A stretch of 60,277 nucleotides of DNA from Caldisericaceae bacterium (GCA_049967855.1 JBMFRX010000008.1:1-60277), one strand, 5' to 3'; shown: positions 48,607 to 58,861, counted from the stretch's first letter. A program made the numbers and translations. Notes: a model not told the origin generated them from the letters alone.

Positions 48607-50493
48607 TTAAACAGGGTCTCCGTATTGTTCAGCCTCTTTGGAAAGACCTACTCGGACAAGCTGCATCTTTGTGGGGATGCCGTTCTTAGACCACCCTCTC
48701 ACCTGATAGTATTCGTCAAGCATATGTTGCAGTTCATCTTCGCTTACAAAGTTACCTTTGCTCACGCCGTTAGAAATTGGGTCATGAGTAACCCTGTAAG
48801 GCAGATAATCATCTTTCCTTGAAAGCCCTTCTCTTGCGTTAAACAACCGTTCAAGGTTGTATATACGTTCACCTGCAAGCATCAACTCGTCTACGTCAAA
48901 ATGCTTTCCAGTCACAGCCTCTATGCCATCGAGCATACCGTCAAGCCAGAATAAACTTCTTGAGAACTTACACATTCCAAGAGAATCATAAACTCTCATA
49001 AAGTCATCGCCAGTTTTAACTTCGTATCCTTTCCAATCAGAGCTCAATCTGTCAACATTTGTAAGCTTCCAGAATTTACCAGTGAGCTCTGGGGCATAGA
49101 TTCCTCCTGTAAGATGGCAAGCACCTCGAACTGATTCAGCAATTGCAAGAGCCATCCCTTTGAGCCCTCTAACGTCATACGCTGGCGGTTCAAGCCCTTT
49201 TACCTCAAGTGCAAATTTATACGAATCCTTGCCAAGTTTTGCTGCAGCCCGTTTCACGCCATTGAAAAGCAATTCGCCAAGATGCCCTTCCTTTTTCGCA
49301 ATGTGCTCCATTGCCGTCACTGCAGCATCTCCGTTGCCAAACCTCAAATCAAGGCCATCGACATCGTCCTTCGAAAGAAGCCCTTTTTCATAAGCTTCCA
49401 TTGCCCAGGCAAGAGTAACTCCTGCAGATATGCCGTCAAGTCCAGCTCTATCACAAATCTCATTCAGTTTGGCTGTCACTTCAATGTCCTCAATCCCTAA
49501 GTCACCGCCAAGTGAGTAAAGAAGTTCGTATTCCACTCCCTCAACACGAGTTCCTGCATATTTCCCGTTCTTTATAGCAATAAACCTTCCACAGGGCTTA
49601 TTGCAGTTTGGACAAGGATGCAACTTCTCAGTGTATATTGGCGACCAATAGTAAGGGTCAAGGTGCGATTTGCCATCTTCATGAGCCTTAAAACTTTCTT
49701 CAAACATACTTTCCTGCCAGTTCTTCACAGGGAAAACACCGATTTCCTTGTTAACCCACTCGTAGAATTCTCCAGAACCATAAGCCATATCAAGCTTTGC
49801 AACATCAGTGCCTATTATCTTTTTGTTCCAGGTTGCTATTGCCTCTTTCAGCCTGTCAGAATCACCGTAATTAACATTCTTTGTGCCTTTTACGGCGATG
49901 GCTTTGAGCATTTTGCTTCCCATAACGGCTCCAGCGCCTGCTCGAGCCGATTGCCTTTCCTCAAAATCAATGCCTGATATAAAAGAAAGTTTCTCTCCAG
50001 AGTATCCAATGGCGGCAGTCCTGAAATCAGAGCCAAGAGTTTCTTTTATTTTTTCCTGGGTCTCAATTGCATCAAGCCCCCAAAGTGCACCTGCATCTCT
50101 TATCTCCACTTTATCATCTTCAATGTAAAGAAAGACTGGCTTGCTACTTTTGCCTTTAATTACAATTCCATCATAACCTGCTTTCTTAAGCGCCACTCCA
50201 AGATATGCTCCGCTTATGCTTCTTCCAAAGGCACCAGTGAGAGGTGATTTAAAAACAACCGAAGTCTTGGATGCCGTTGGTAAACCACTCCCCACAAGAA
50301 GTCCTGGATTAATTATAATTGGGCTTTGCTCAGACAACGCATCCACTCCTGCTCCAATCTCATCAAAAAGAAGCCTTGCTCCGAGTCCTTCCCCGCCAAG
50401 GTAATTCTCATAAACTTCGTCTTGCAAAGATTTTACTTCCGTTTTGCCTTCCGTTAGGTCAACATAGAGTATTTTTCCTGAGATTCCTTTCAT
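48607..50493 (-). CDS. Tungsten-dependent aldehyde:ferredoxin oxidoreductase family protein
   Basis: YLGGEGLG, KSPLTG, GAGAVMGSKMLKAI, CPNCNKPC, EYE, DRAGLDGIS, RGACH, GMCKF, YYQVRGW. Confidence 0.93.
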   Translation of the reverse strand: MKGISGKILYVDLTEGKTEVKSLQDEVYENYLGGEGLGARLLFDEIGAGVDALSEQSPIIINPGLLVGSGLPTASKTSVVFKSPLTGAFGRSISGAYLGVALKKAGYDGIVIKGKSSKPVFLYIEDDKVEIRDAGALWGLDAIETQEKIKETLGSDFRTAAIGYSGEKLSFISGIDFEERQSARAGAGAVMGSKMLKAIAVKGTKNVNYGDSDRLKEAIATWNKKIIGTDVAKLDMAYGSGEFYEWVNKEIGVFPVKNWQESMFEESFKAHEDGKSHLDPYYWSPIYTEKLHPCPNCNKPCGRFIAIKNGKYAGTRVEGVEYELLYSLGGDLGIEDIEVTAKLNEICDRAGLDGISAGVTLAWAMEAYEKGLLSKDDVDGLDLRFGNGDAAVTAMEHIAKKEGHLGELLFNGVKRAAAKLGKDSYKFALEVKGLEPPAYDVRGLKGMALAIAESVRGACHLTGGIYAPELTGKFWKLTNVDRLSSDWKGYEVKTGDDFMRVYDSLGMCKFSRSLFWLDGMLDGIEAVTGKHFDVDELMLAGERIYNLERLFNAREGLSRKDDYLPYRVTHDPISNGVSKGNFVSEDELQHMLDEYYQVRGWSKNGIPTKMQLVRVGLSKEAEQYGDPV

Positions 50494-50501
50494 AGTTCCT
50501 C

Positions 50502-51494
50502 CTATTTTTCAATATAATTTTTTAACAGTTTGACAGCATTTTCAAAGTCATTTGTATCTATAACTTCGCCTGGAGTATGCACATACCTTGTAGGAAGTGA
50601 AACCGAACCAGCAAGTACTCCGCCCTTGGTCATCTGCATAGCATAGGCATCTGTTGTTCCACCTGTTATTACCTCAAGCTGATACGGAATATCGTTTGAC
50701 TTTGCAGTTTTAACGAGCTCGTCTTTTACCACTTTAGAGGCAATCATTCCAGCATCCATAACTTTAATAGCTGGGCCATTCCCCAACGCCAATGATACTG
50801 GATAACTTTCGGGGGTGTCTCCAGAATCAGTCACATCTATTGAGATACCTATGTCAGGCGTAATCTCGTATGAAGATACTCTTGCCCCTTTTACTCCGAT
50901 TTCCTCCTGCACGGAAAAAACAAAATACAAATCAAAGCGAGATTTTTTCTTCTTTAAATTTTTTATCAGCTCAATCTCAATGGCGCAACCTATCCTGTCA
51001 TCAAGAGAGGAAGCAATAATCCTATTATCTCGGCGCATAAACTGTGGTTTAAAAATACCCTCGGTGCCTATCGACACAATTTCTTTTGCATGCGCTTTGC
51101 TTGTTACTCCGATATCAATATAGAACTTCTCTATCTTGAAATCTTTTACTTCCCAGGGAGACTCTTTGTCTTCAAAGTAAACAAAACCTTCGACGCCGTT
51201 TTCAAACAAAATCCTCTGTCCAACAAGAAGTGACTTTCTCAATCCCCCAACCTCACCAAACCTTACAAAACCATTTTTATCAATATCTGTAATCATCACC
51301 CCAATGGAATCGGTATGAGCCGCAAGCATCAACTTTTCTCCGCTGCCGTTGATATGGGCAACAAGGTTGCCAAATTTGTCGTCCCCTATTTCATCAACTT
51401 CATTTTCTATTTCAGAGCGAATCAACTTCTTGACCTGCTCCTCCCTTGAGGAAGGGCCATAAGTTTCTACTAACCTCTCTATTATGTTATTCAT
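50502..51494 (-). CDS. M42 (TET-like) aminopeptidase, subunit 3
   Basis: AHTD, LDDRIG, QEEIG, IDVT, GTTDA, RYVH. Confidence 0.92.
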   Translation of the reverse strand: MNNIIERLVETYGPSSREEQVKKLIRSEIENEVDEIGDDKFGNLVAHINGSGEKLMLAAHTDSIGVMITDIDKNGFVRFGEVGGLRKSLLVGQRILFENGVEGFVYFEDKESPWEVKDFKIEKFYIDIGVTSKAHAKEIVSIGTEGIFKPQFMRRDNRIIASSLDDRIGCAIEIELIKNLKKKKSRFDLYFVFSVQEEIGVKGARVSSYEITPDIGISIDVTDSGDTPESYPVSLALGNGPAIKVMDAGMIASKVVKDELVKTAKSNDIPYQLEVITGGTTDAYAMQMTKGGVLAGSVSLPTRYVHTPGEVIDTNDFENAVKLLKNYIEK

Positions 51495-52521
51495 TCTTCC
51501 CTCCTTGCAGTGAATTTAAAAACTCAAATACAAGCTTTTTTGTATTCTCATAATCACTCTCATAGAACAGTGCCACTGGTGAATGAATGTAACGCACTGG
51601 TACAGCAACAACAAGCACCTTTACTCCGCCTTTTGTAAGTTGGATTCTTGCAGAATCTGTACCACCTGCAATAACCTGCTTAAATTGGTAAGCAATGTTC
51701 TTCTGCTTTGCAACGGCAAGCAGCTTGGTTCGCAGTTCGTTGTCAGTGATAACAGCTTTATCCTTTACCGTCACGACGGGGCCTTCGCCAAGCTTACTGC
51801 ACTTCAGGTGTTCTTTAACCTCTGGCAAGTCGGCAGATATTGTGCCTTCAATTGTAACAGAAATATCAGGAGTATATTTGTAGGCACCAACGCCTGCACC
51901 CCTAAGCCCTATCTCTTCCTGCGAAGAGAACAGTGCAATAATTGGAAATTTGAAGTTCTCTCTCAGGAGTTCTGCAACTATTGCACAACCAAGCCTGTCG
52001 TCAAAAGCTTTGCCTGTATATTTCCCCTCTGCAATTTTTTCAAACTGCGTATCAAATGTGCCAAGGCTTCCAAGAGGAACAAGTTTTTCTGCTTCTTTTT
52101 GGTCGGCTGCTCCTATGTCTATATAGAGGCTGTCAACAGGAACCGATTGCTTAACTTCTTCCTTGTTCTGCAAATGAATCGCTTTTGCTCCAATCACTCC
52201 TGGAACTTTGTTTTCGCTAATTATAACTCTCTTTCCAAAAAATAACCTCGCATCAACTCCTCCAACAGCTTTAAAGTAAAGGAATCCCTTTTCGTCAATC
52301 CTGACTACTACAAAACCCACTTCATCCATATGGGCGTTTATAAGAACTTTCGGACCTGGTTTATCAAGCCCCTTTAAGGCAATCAGGTTACCTAAAGAAT
52401 CAACAGAAAGGCTTTCAACATAGCCTTTTATTTCTTCGCGCAGGATATTGCTAACTTCACGCTCGTCTCCAGAAACTCCGACAGCATTGCTTAATCTTTG
52501 AATGAGGTCAATGTTCGCCAT
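51487..52521 (-). CDS. M42 (TET-like) aminopeptidase, subunit 2
   Basis: AHMDEVG, FDDRLG, QEEIG, IEGT, GGTDS, RYIH; start at ATG 52521 behind GGAGG. Confidence 0.92.
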   Translation of the reverse strand: MANIDLIQRLSNAVGVSGDEREVSNILREEIKGYVESLSVDSLGNLIALKGLDKPGPKVLINAHMDEVGFVVVRIDEKGFLYFKAVGGVDARLFFGKRVIISENKVPGVIGAKAIHLQNKEEVKQSVPVDSLYIDIGAADQKEAEKLVPLGSLGTFDTQFEKIAEGKYTGKAFDDRLGCAIVAELLRENFKFPIIALFSSQEEIGLRGAGVGAYKYTPDISVTIEGTISADLPEVKEHLKCSKLGEGPVVTVKDKAVITDNELRTKLLAVAKQKNIAYQFKQVIAGGTDSARIQLTKGGVKVLVVAVPVRYIHSPVALFYESDYENTKKLVFEFLNSLQGGKNE

Positions 52522-53548
52522 GGATAGCCTCCATATAGTCCTCGTCAATTTCCGTTACGAAAAGATAAAGCAGGTTGATTGTTTGTTCAACGTCATTTGG
52601 ATTCACTACCTCGTTCGGTGAATGCATATACCTTAACGGAATCCCGAGCACAGCAACAGGGACACCGCCTCCAACAACCTGTATATCAGTAGCATCTGTC
52701 CCTGAGAATATGCCTACTTCTTTCTGCAGCGGTATGTTATATTTTGCAGCAACATCAGAGAGCTTTTTAACCATAAGTCGGTCCATCGTAGGACCCAAAA
52801 AGATAACTGGGCCTTTTCCAAGCTCAGGGGCAATATTGGTTGAAACATTCGGCGACGTTGCATGTGTTACATCAATAGCAATTGCAAAATCAGGCTTAAG
52901 CTTATAAGTTGAGGTTGTTGCACCAAGCCCAGTTGCTTCTTCCTGAGAAGCAAAGTGGCATATTATGTTGACCACCGGCTTGATGCGCGAAAGCCTCTTC
53001 ATCAGTTCAATAATTATGTACACAGCAACCCTGTCGTCAAGTGATTTTGCCGATACATTTCCTGAAAGTTTGGTATAGTGGGGCACAAAAGTGACACTTG
53101 AGCCAACAGGCACCAAATTGACCACTTCATCTTTGGAGCGCCCGCAGTCTATAAAGAGGTCCTTAATCTCAAAGGCTTTTTTAGCCTCCTCCTCGTTTAT
53201 AAGGTGAAAAGGCTTTACTCCAATTACTCCACTGATTTGCTCGTTGCCGTGAACAATCACCTTGAGCCCAGGGAAAATCTTTTGGTCACAGGAATCTGAG
53301 TGAAATCTCAAGAATCCATCATCTGTTATCCCTGTAACTACTGCAAAAACCTCGTCAATGTGAGCATCAAGCATCAAGGAACATTTTCCAGGAGAACCTC
53401 TCTTTACGGCTACCAGAGAGCCGTTCTTGAGTGCTTCTATACTGTCCACAAATGGATGAATAGACTTGCTAAGCAAACTGTGCAAGTTTGATTCTTCATT
53501 AGGAGGGGCTTGAGTAGATGTCAGCTTCTCTAACAATAAATCGTCCAT
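52508..53548 (-). CDS. M42 (TET-like) aminopeptidase, subunit 1
   Basis: AHIDE, LDDRV, QEE, IDVT, GTDA, RYMH. Confidence 0.92.
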   Translation of the reverse strand: MDDLLLEKLTSTQAPPNEESNLHSLLSKSIHPFVDSIEALKNGSLVAVKRGSPGKCSLMLDAHIDEVFAVVTGITDDGFLRFHSDSCDQKIFPGLKVIVHGNEQISGVIGVKPFHLINEEEAKKAFEIKDLFIDCGRSKDEVVNLVPVGSSVTFVPHYTKLSGNVSAKSLDDRVAVYIIIELMKRLSRIKPVVNIICHFASQEEATGLGATTSTYKLKPDFAIAIDVTHATSPNVSTNIAPELGKGPVIFLGPTMDRLMVKKLSDVAAKYNIPLQKEVGIFSGTDATDIQVVGGGVPVAVLGIPLRYMHSPNEVVNPNDVEQTINLLYLFVTEIDEDYMEAIHGEH

Positions 53549-53578
53549 ACTATCCTCCTTCTATAATATTTTTGAGTC

Positions 53579-53818
53579 TCAAAAAACTGCGTCTGTTTTA
53601 TCCAGCAAAGTGGAAAATTGCTCCGATAGTGCAATCTGAATTTCGCCTTCATAAACAAAAGGCTCGGAACTAAGTGAACCTACCGAGCCACTCTTCATTA
53701 TAAAGAAATTTCTGAATGATTTCTTATGAATAATACTTAAAGGTGAAGCACAAGCAACAACAAGATAAAAAAGTGAAACTAACAAAAAAAACCCTTCTAA
53801 AGCAATCCTAAGATTCAT
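53579..53818 (-). CDS. Small hypothetical protein with an N-terminal TM segment
   Basis: ATG 53818 behind GAGGAG; hydrophobic N-terminus; fills the intergenic gap. Confidence 0.5.
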   Translation of the reverse strand: MNLRIALEGFFLLVSLFYLVVACASPLSIIHKKSFRNFFIMKSGSVGSLSSEPFVYEGEIQIALSEQFSTLLDKTDAVF

Positions 53819-53866
53819 TTCTCCTCTCAATAAAATTGTACTCAAAATTCAAAAAACGAAAAACTA

Positions 53867-54268
53867 TCAATCGAAAAAAATCTTGATTTCTCTCTTTGCA
53901 TCCTCTTCGCTTGACGAGGCATGAACAATGTTTTCAGTAAGAAAAGGCGAAAAATCTCCCCTGATGCTTCCTGGAACTCTTTTCTCTGGGTAGGTATCAC
54001 CGACTATTATACGGGAGTTCATCACAGCATCTTCGCCCCTCACAACCATAACTACTGCTGGACCAGACATTGTAAAACTGATTAGCTTTTCAAAAAAACT
54101 CTTCCCCTTGTGCATTTCATAAAGTTCCTCGGCAGTTTCACGAGAGATACTAACCATTTTCAATGCAACTATTTCAAGTTGCTTCATTTCAAAACGCTTA
54201 ATCACTTCTCCAATTAAGTGGAGCCTAACCCCATCTGGTTTGACCATTACAAAGGTCTCTTCTACCAT
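53867..54268 (-). CDS. ndk: Nucleoside-diphosphate kinase
   Basis: TFVMVKPDGV, SGP, PGSIRGDF, NIVHAS (catalytic His). Confidence 0.95.
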   Translation of the reverse strand: MVEETFVMVKPDGVRLHLIGEVIKRFEMKQLEIVALKMVSISRETAEELYEMHKGKSFFEKLISFTMSGPAVVMVVRGEDAVMNSRIIVGDTYPEKRVPGSIRGDFSPFLTENIVHASSSEEDAKREIKIFFD

Positions 54269-54756
54269 TATTCCTCCAATTTGTCAAGATATATTTCTTT
54301 GTCCTCAGGATTATAGCCAATCAACTCAGCGTACCTTCCGAGTTCGATAATCGATTTCAAATGTTCCTCAGCCTCTTCTTCAGACATTTCGCTCGTCAAT
54401 ATGTCAAGAAGTTTGCTTCTTGAGATTGAATTGTCTGGCACTGTCTCAAGCACGTCAATAATCTTTCTGAAAATACGCAGTTTCTTGATGGCTGATTTGA
54501 ACATTAGCTTGCGCTTGTTTTCATCTCCAAGGACAAGCTCTTTCCCGAGGTCTGTAAGCACAAGGTCTCCTTCAGTAACGCTTGCAAACCCAAGTGCTTC
54601 TGCTACTTTGATAAGTGGAATGATTTCATCGACCTCAGATTCCATATCAGAGGCTATTGCATAGATATCTCCTCTGCCATCAAGGTCTTCGAGATACACA
54701 AGCATTCCAACTAATTTACCTACTTCTACGTACGGCAATGGCGATACATCGTCCAT
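54268..54756 (-). CDS. Stand-alone AAA-associated C-terminal domain of NitT/TauT ABC ATPases
   Basis: PLPYV..GKL.G, GRGDIYAIA, LGFA...GD..LT..G, IELGRYAELIGY. Confidence 0.8.
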   Translation of the reverse strand: MDDVSPLPYVEVGKLVGMLVYLEDLDGRGDIYAIASDMESEVDEIIPLIKVAEALGFASVTEGDLVLTDLGKELVLGDENKRKLMFKSAIKKLRIFRKIIDVLETVPDNSISRSKLLDILTSEMSEEEAEEHLKSIIELGRYAELIGYNPEDKEIYLDKLEE

Positions 54757-55544
54757 TAATTTCCCTTTACGGGTTTCACCTCCCTAAATGCTGATCCTAC
54801 AACTAATGAATAGATTTTATCATATAGTTTATTGAAATCTTCGCTTTCCCTGTCACGCGGCCTTGGCAAATCCACCTTAACCTCGTTAATTATCTTGCCA
54901 GGATGTGTTGACATTATAAGTATCCTGTCTGAAAGAAAAATCGCTTCTTCGATATTATGAGTAACCATAAGTATCGATTCAACTGAAATCTGTTCCGAAG
55001 ACCAGATTTTCAAAATTTCGCCTCTCAGGTTCTCTGCAGTAAATGCGTCAAGCGCTGTGAACGGCTCGTCCATCAGCAACAGTGAGGGCTCCATCACAAG
55101 AGCTCTTGCAATACCAACTCTCTGCTTCATTCCTCCAGAAAGCTCTCGAGGATAAGCTTCTTCAAACCCCTCAAGTCCAACAAGGTCAATATACTTAAAA
55201 GCTTTCTTCAATCTTTCCTTTAAAGACACTCCCTTTGCTTCAAGCCCAAGAGTGATATTCTCAGTAACATCAAGCCATGGTAAAAGGCCAAATGTCTGAA
55301 AAATGAAACTCGTGTAAGGGTTGATTCCGTCAACTTTGTTTCCCTTGAACAAAATGACCCCCGACGGCGGCTTAATGAGCCCTGCTATAATACGAAGTAT
55401 AGTGCTCTTTCCGCAGCCAGAAGGACCTACAAGCGAAACAAATTCGTTCTCCTCCAATGCAAAATTCACGTCCTCAAGCACCACAACTTCTTTGTCTTTG
55501 ATAGGAAACGATTGATAAACGTTCTTGAGTTCCAATAGCGCCAT
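54756..55544 (-). CDS. NitT/TauT family ABC transporter ATP-binding protein
   Basis: GPSGCGKST, LSGGMKQRV, LLMDEPF, VTHNIEEA, LPRPRDR. Confidence 0.93.
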   Translation of the reverse strand: MALLELKNVYQSFPIKDKEVVVLEDVNFALEENEFVSLVGPSGCGKSTILRIIAGLIKPPSGVILFKGNKVDGINPYTSFIFQTFGLLPWLDVTENITLGLEAKGVSLKERLKKAFKYIDLVGLEGFEEAYPRELSGGMKQRVGIARALVMEPSLLLMDEPFTALDAFTAENLRGEILKIWSSEQISVESILMVTHNIEEAIFLSDRILIMSTHPGKIINEVKVDLPRPRDRESEDFNKLYDKIYSLVVGSAFREVKPVKGN

Positions 55545-55546
55545 TT

Positions 55547-57247
55547 TTACCCTTCAATTTTGTACCTTTCGATTATTTTATCATAAAGAGGCCTATAAGC
55601 AAAGTGGTTTATAGAATAGACGGTTACAACCATTACTGCAAGTGAAATAATGAAAAGAGACTGGTCGTTTGAAGCAAGAGATATATTAAGAAGGCTTCCA
55701 ATCCCGAGCACTGAATAAGCCTTTCCGTTTAGCGTTGCGTACTCTGCCACGACGAGAGCGTTCCATGCGCCTCCCATCGCGGTGATAGTTCCCGTCATAA
55801 TGGAAGGCAGTGCAGCTGGCCAAAGCAAGCGTTTTAGCTTCAATTTACCTCTAACACCAAATGAGTCTGTAACTTCCGCAAGGTCATCTGGAATTGCCTT
55901 CAGCCCTCCGTATATAGTAAACAAAAGATACCACTGCATTCCTGCAAGGATAATTATGATTGCCGTTATATTAAGGCCGCCTTTTATCGGGAGCAAGAAA
56001 TAAAGTACAAGCGGGAAAAAGGCTATTGCAGGAATTGACGGAAGTATCTGAATTATCGGCGAAATAAAACGAGCAGCGGAAGGATGCCTGTACAGATATA
56101 CAGCAGTTGGAAACGTCCAGCCAAACGCAACAACGTATGCAAAAGCAATTCTCAGAAATGAGAGCCCAAGGCCTTCAACTGATAAAGTAAGGTCGCTAAA
56201 TTTGAGTTTGGCAAAAAGCCTCGGAACATCCTTTGCTATCGCATAGAAGGCATAAACAAGGGCACCGATGGTGACAACGAGCAAAATTCTTCTAACAACG
56301 TAATCAACTTTTTTGGTCCAGAGCTTCTTAATGAATTTGAAGTTCACTCCCTTTCCAATGTTTATCTTCCTGACAAAGCCCAACAAAAAATTAAGGATTT
56401 TCCCGACGAACTCCCAGAATACAATTACAACATCCCACACCTCTTTTGTTTCCTCTTCACCTGGAGAAACGCTATAGGTAAATCGCCTTGACCACTGAGA
56501 AACAGGTTTCCAGATGAACAAGTCGAGCAGTATTATCACAATCGCAAGAACCATTATGCCCAAAAGCATCAAAGGAATCTTATTCTCCGATGCAGACTCC
56601 ATAATGAAACTTCCAATTCCAGGCAGCCTGAAGGCTTCTGTCCCTATTGCAAAAATCTCAGAAGCAACCAGGAAAAACCATCCGTTCGTCCAGCTTAAAA
56701 TACTGTTATATACAAGTTTTGGAATCATCGAAGGAATGTAGAGCCTCTTCAGCTTGAGGTTGCCTTCAGGGTCAAATATGCTGTATGCTTCGTACAGGTC
56801 TTTGGGAATCATTGAAACGCTCTCATAAACACTAAAGGCAATATTCCAGGCTTGCGATGTAAATATGAGGAAAATGGCTGCAAATTCTGCACCCAAAACC
56901 TTTGATGGCGCAATAGAAATGAAAAAGTAAACTGCCGCAGGGAAAAATCCAAGAATCGGCACGGACTGCAAAATATCAAGTATGGGAAGCATTACTGCCT
57001 CTCTTCTTTTGCTCGTTGCAGCAAGCAATCCGTAAACAATCGAAAAGACAAGCGAAAGTATGTATGCAGCAACCATTCTTATAAGCGAGCGCACGGCATA
57101 ATACGGAAGCTCTTTGACGCTTAAAGTGGCAACAAACCCTGTTATGGAAACCTGCCTTCTATAGAAAATATATGCAAATCCTAAAAGCAAAATCAACGAT
57201 GATATCTGCACAAGAGAATTGACAATCTTATTTGTTTGTTTGTCCAT
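55547..57247 (-). CDS. NitT/TauT family ABC permease (duplicated domain)
   Basis: Two permease modules: DILQSVPILGF...GWFFLVASE and PSIPA...GGAWNALVVAE. Confidence 0.9.
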   Translation of the reverse strand: MDKQTNKIVNSLVQISSLILLLGFAYIFYRRQVSITGFVATLSVKELPYYAVRSLIRMVAAYILSLVFSIVYGLLAATSKRREAVMLPILDILQSVPILGFFPAAVYFFISIAPSKVLGAEFAAIFLIFTSQAWNIAFSVYESVSMIPKDLYEAYSIFDPEGNLKLKRLYIPSMIPKLVYNSILSWTNGWFFLVASEIFAIGTEAFRLPGIGSFIMESASENKIPLMLLGIMVLAIVIILLDLFIWKPVSQWSRRFTYSVSPGEEETKEVWDVVIVFWEFVGKILNFLLGFVRKINIGKGVNFKFIKKLWTKKVDYVVRRILLVVTIGALVYAFYAIAKDVPRLFAKLKFSDLTLSVEGLGLSFLRIAFAYVVAFGWTFPTAVYLYRHPSAARFISPIIQILPSIPAIAFFPLVLYFLLPIKGGLNITAIIIILAGMQWYLLFTIYGGLKAIPDDLAEVTDSFGVRGKLKLKRLLWPAALPSIMTGTITAMGGAWNALVVAEYATLNGKAYSVLGIGSLLNISLASNDQSLFIISLAVMVVTVYSINHFAYRPLYDKIIERYKIEG

Positions 57248-57249
57248 AT

Positions 57250-57558
57250 TTAGAAGGCTGTTCCCTCGTGAGGCTCACTTTCTTCGCGAGAAATCTCAAA
57301 CACTACGGTGTTATCTGGGTCAGGACACGAAACATAAGCTTTATCTGGATTACGCTCCCAGGGCAAAGTTCCGCCGTAACGCAGGGGCGTTATAAAGGGC
57401 CACAGAGTCACAAATGCCCAGCCGCAGAAATTGACAGGGACAGGTTGGCCTTTGTCGTTAATTTCAAATATATCTCCAACTTTAAGCCCGGCAGAGCAAA
57501 CACCGCCTCCCTTGATTTCAACAACTTTTATCTTTATCTTAAAGATTTTAGCTTCCAT
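57250..57558 (-). CDS. TIGR04076 family Cys-containing protein
   Basis: CSAGLKVGDIF, FCGWA, CPDP..TVVFEI. Confidence 0.85.
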   Translation of the reverse strand: MEAKIFKIKIKVVEIKGGGVCSAGLKVGDIFEINDKGQPVPVNFCGWAFVTLWPFITPLRYGGTLPWERNPDKAYVSCPDPDNTVVFEISREESEPHEGTAF

Positions 57559-57645
57559 TGCGCTTATATTCTAATTGAAAACGCAGAATAATCAAAGCGA
57601 AATTTACGGTTTAGAAAATGGGGCGAGGTTAACTTTCAAAATCAA

Positions 57646-58785
57646 TCAGGGGCTAATCGTTTTAAGATAATGCATTTGTCCGTTAACAATCTTAATAATT
57701 ACAGCATCTTTTACTGTTTCACCGTCCTTGTCAAACTGTATTCTGCCGGTGACTCCATCATAGATATTATTTCTAATTGCGTCTCTCAATGCACTTCCTT
57801 CAGTTGAGTGCGCTTTTGCAATCGCCGTAAGGACGATGTTCATTGCATCATAGTCCAATGCTGCCTCAACATCAGGAGGTTCTCCAAATTTCTCTGTGTA
57901 TTTCTTGACAAATTCCTGCACTTCTGGCCTGGGGTCGCCTATAGAAAAATGGTCAACGAAATAGCTGTTGTTGGCAGAGCTTCCTGCAAGGGGAATGAAG
58001 GCACTTGAATCCCAGCCATCTCCTCCCAAAAGCGGGCCATCAAAGCCTCCTGCTCTTGCCTCTTTTGCAAACAATGCAGCCTCATTGTAAAGGTCTGGAC
58101 AGAAAATTACATCAGGTTTATTTTTCATTATATAGTCAATATAGGAAACAAGAGTAATAGGGTCAGTTGGGTGAGGAACAAAACTTGTAACTCTCCCTCC
58201 TAATTTTTCAAAGCTCTCTTTGAAACACTCGGCAAGGTTAGAGGCAAAAGCATCATTAAAGTCATATATAACGGCGGCAGTTGAGGCTTTGAGGTCGGAT
58301 TTGGCAAACTCTGCGGCAACTTCTCCTTCAAACTTGTTGTTGAAACACGCTCTGAATATATAATCACCAATCTTTGTAATGTCGTTATTTGTGGCAGTGG
58401 ATACAACAAGGGGGATTTTGGCATCCTGGCAGACAGGCGCAACAGCCAGGGCAACCTTGCTGAGCGGGGTGCCAACTATAGCGCAGACTTTGTCTTTGTC
58501 GATAAGTTGCAATGCAGCATTCTTTCCTTCTTCTGGAGTTTCTTTATCGTCTTCCACAATCATCGCCACTTTCATCCCAATTACCCCTTTGGAAGCATTT
58601 GCCTCGTCAACTGCCATTCTGCAGCCATTCTCCGCAGAAGAACCGAACGCAGGGACAGACCCAGAAATCGGGATTATCACTCCAATCTTTATATAAGGCT
58701 TTGCAAAAAATTGACACCCGCCCAAAATAAAGGTAAGTATGCAAACACCCGTTAAAGTGAGTAAGACAAAAAATCTTCTCTTCAC
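57646..58785 (-). CDS. Branched-chain amino-acid (Liv-type) ABC substrate-binding lipoprotein
   Basis: Lipobox LGGC, IKIGV..PISG, ATN..IT..GDYIFRAC, GGDGWD, GVTG.I.FD. Confidence 0.9.
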   Translation of the reverse strand: MKRRFFVLLTLTGVCILTFILGGCQFFAKPYIKIGVIIPISGSVPAFGSSAENGCRMAVDEANASKGVIGMKVAMIVEDDKETPEEGKNAALQLIDKDKVCAIVGTPLSKVALAVAPVCQDAKIPLVVSTATNNDITKIGDYIFRACFNNKFEGEVAAEFAKSDLKASTAAVIYDFNDAFASNLAECFKESFEKLGGRVTSFVPHPTDPITLVSYIDYIMKNKPDVIFCPDLYNEAALFAKEARAGGFDGPLLGGDGWDSSAFIPLAGSSANNSYFVDHFSIGDPRPEVQEFVKKYTEKFGEPPDVEAALDYDAMNIVLTAIAKAHSTEGSALRDAIRNNIYDGVTGRIQFDKDGETVKDAVIIKIVNGQMHYLKTISP

Positions 58786-58861
58786 GCTTCACCCTCCTTG
58801 TATAATTATAATTACTTTTCAAAGCAAGTCAAACTCAAACCACCTCTTAAAAAACGCTTCT

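Noticed and set aside
51583..52245. 220-aa plus-strand ORF and the many other short antisense or nested ORFs in the track
   Set aside because: They lie opposite or within well-supported genes and show no recognisable motifs; shadow ORFs
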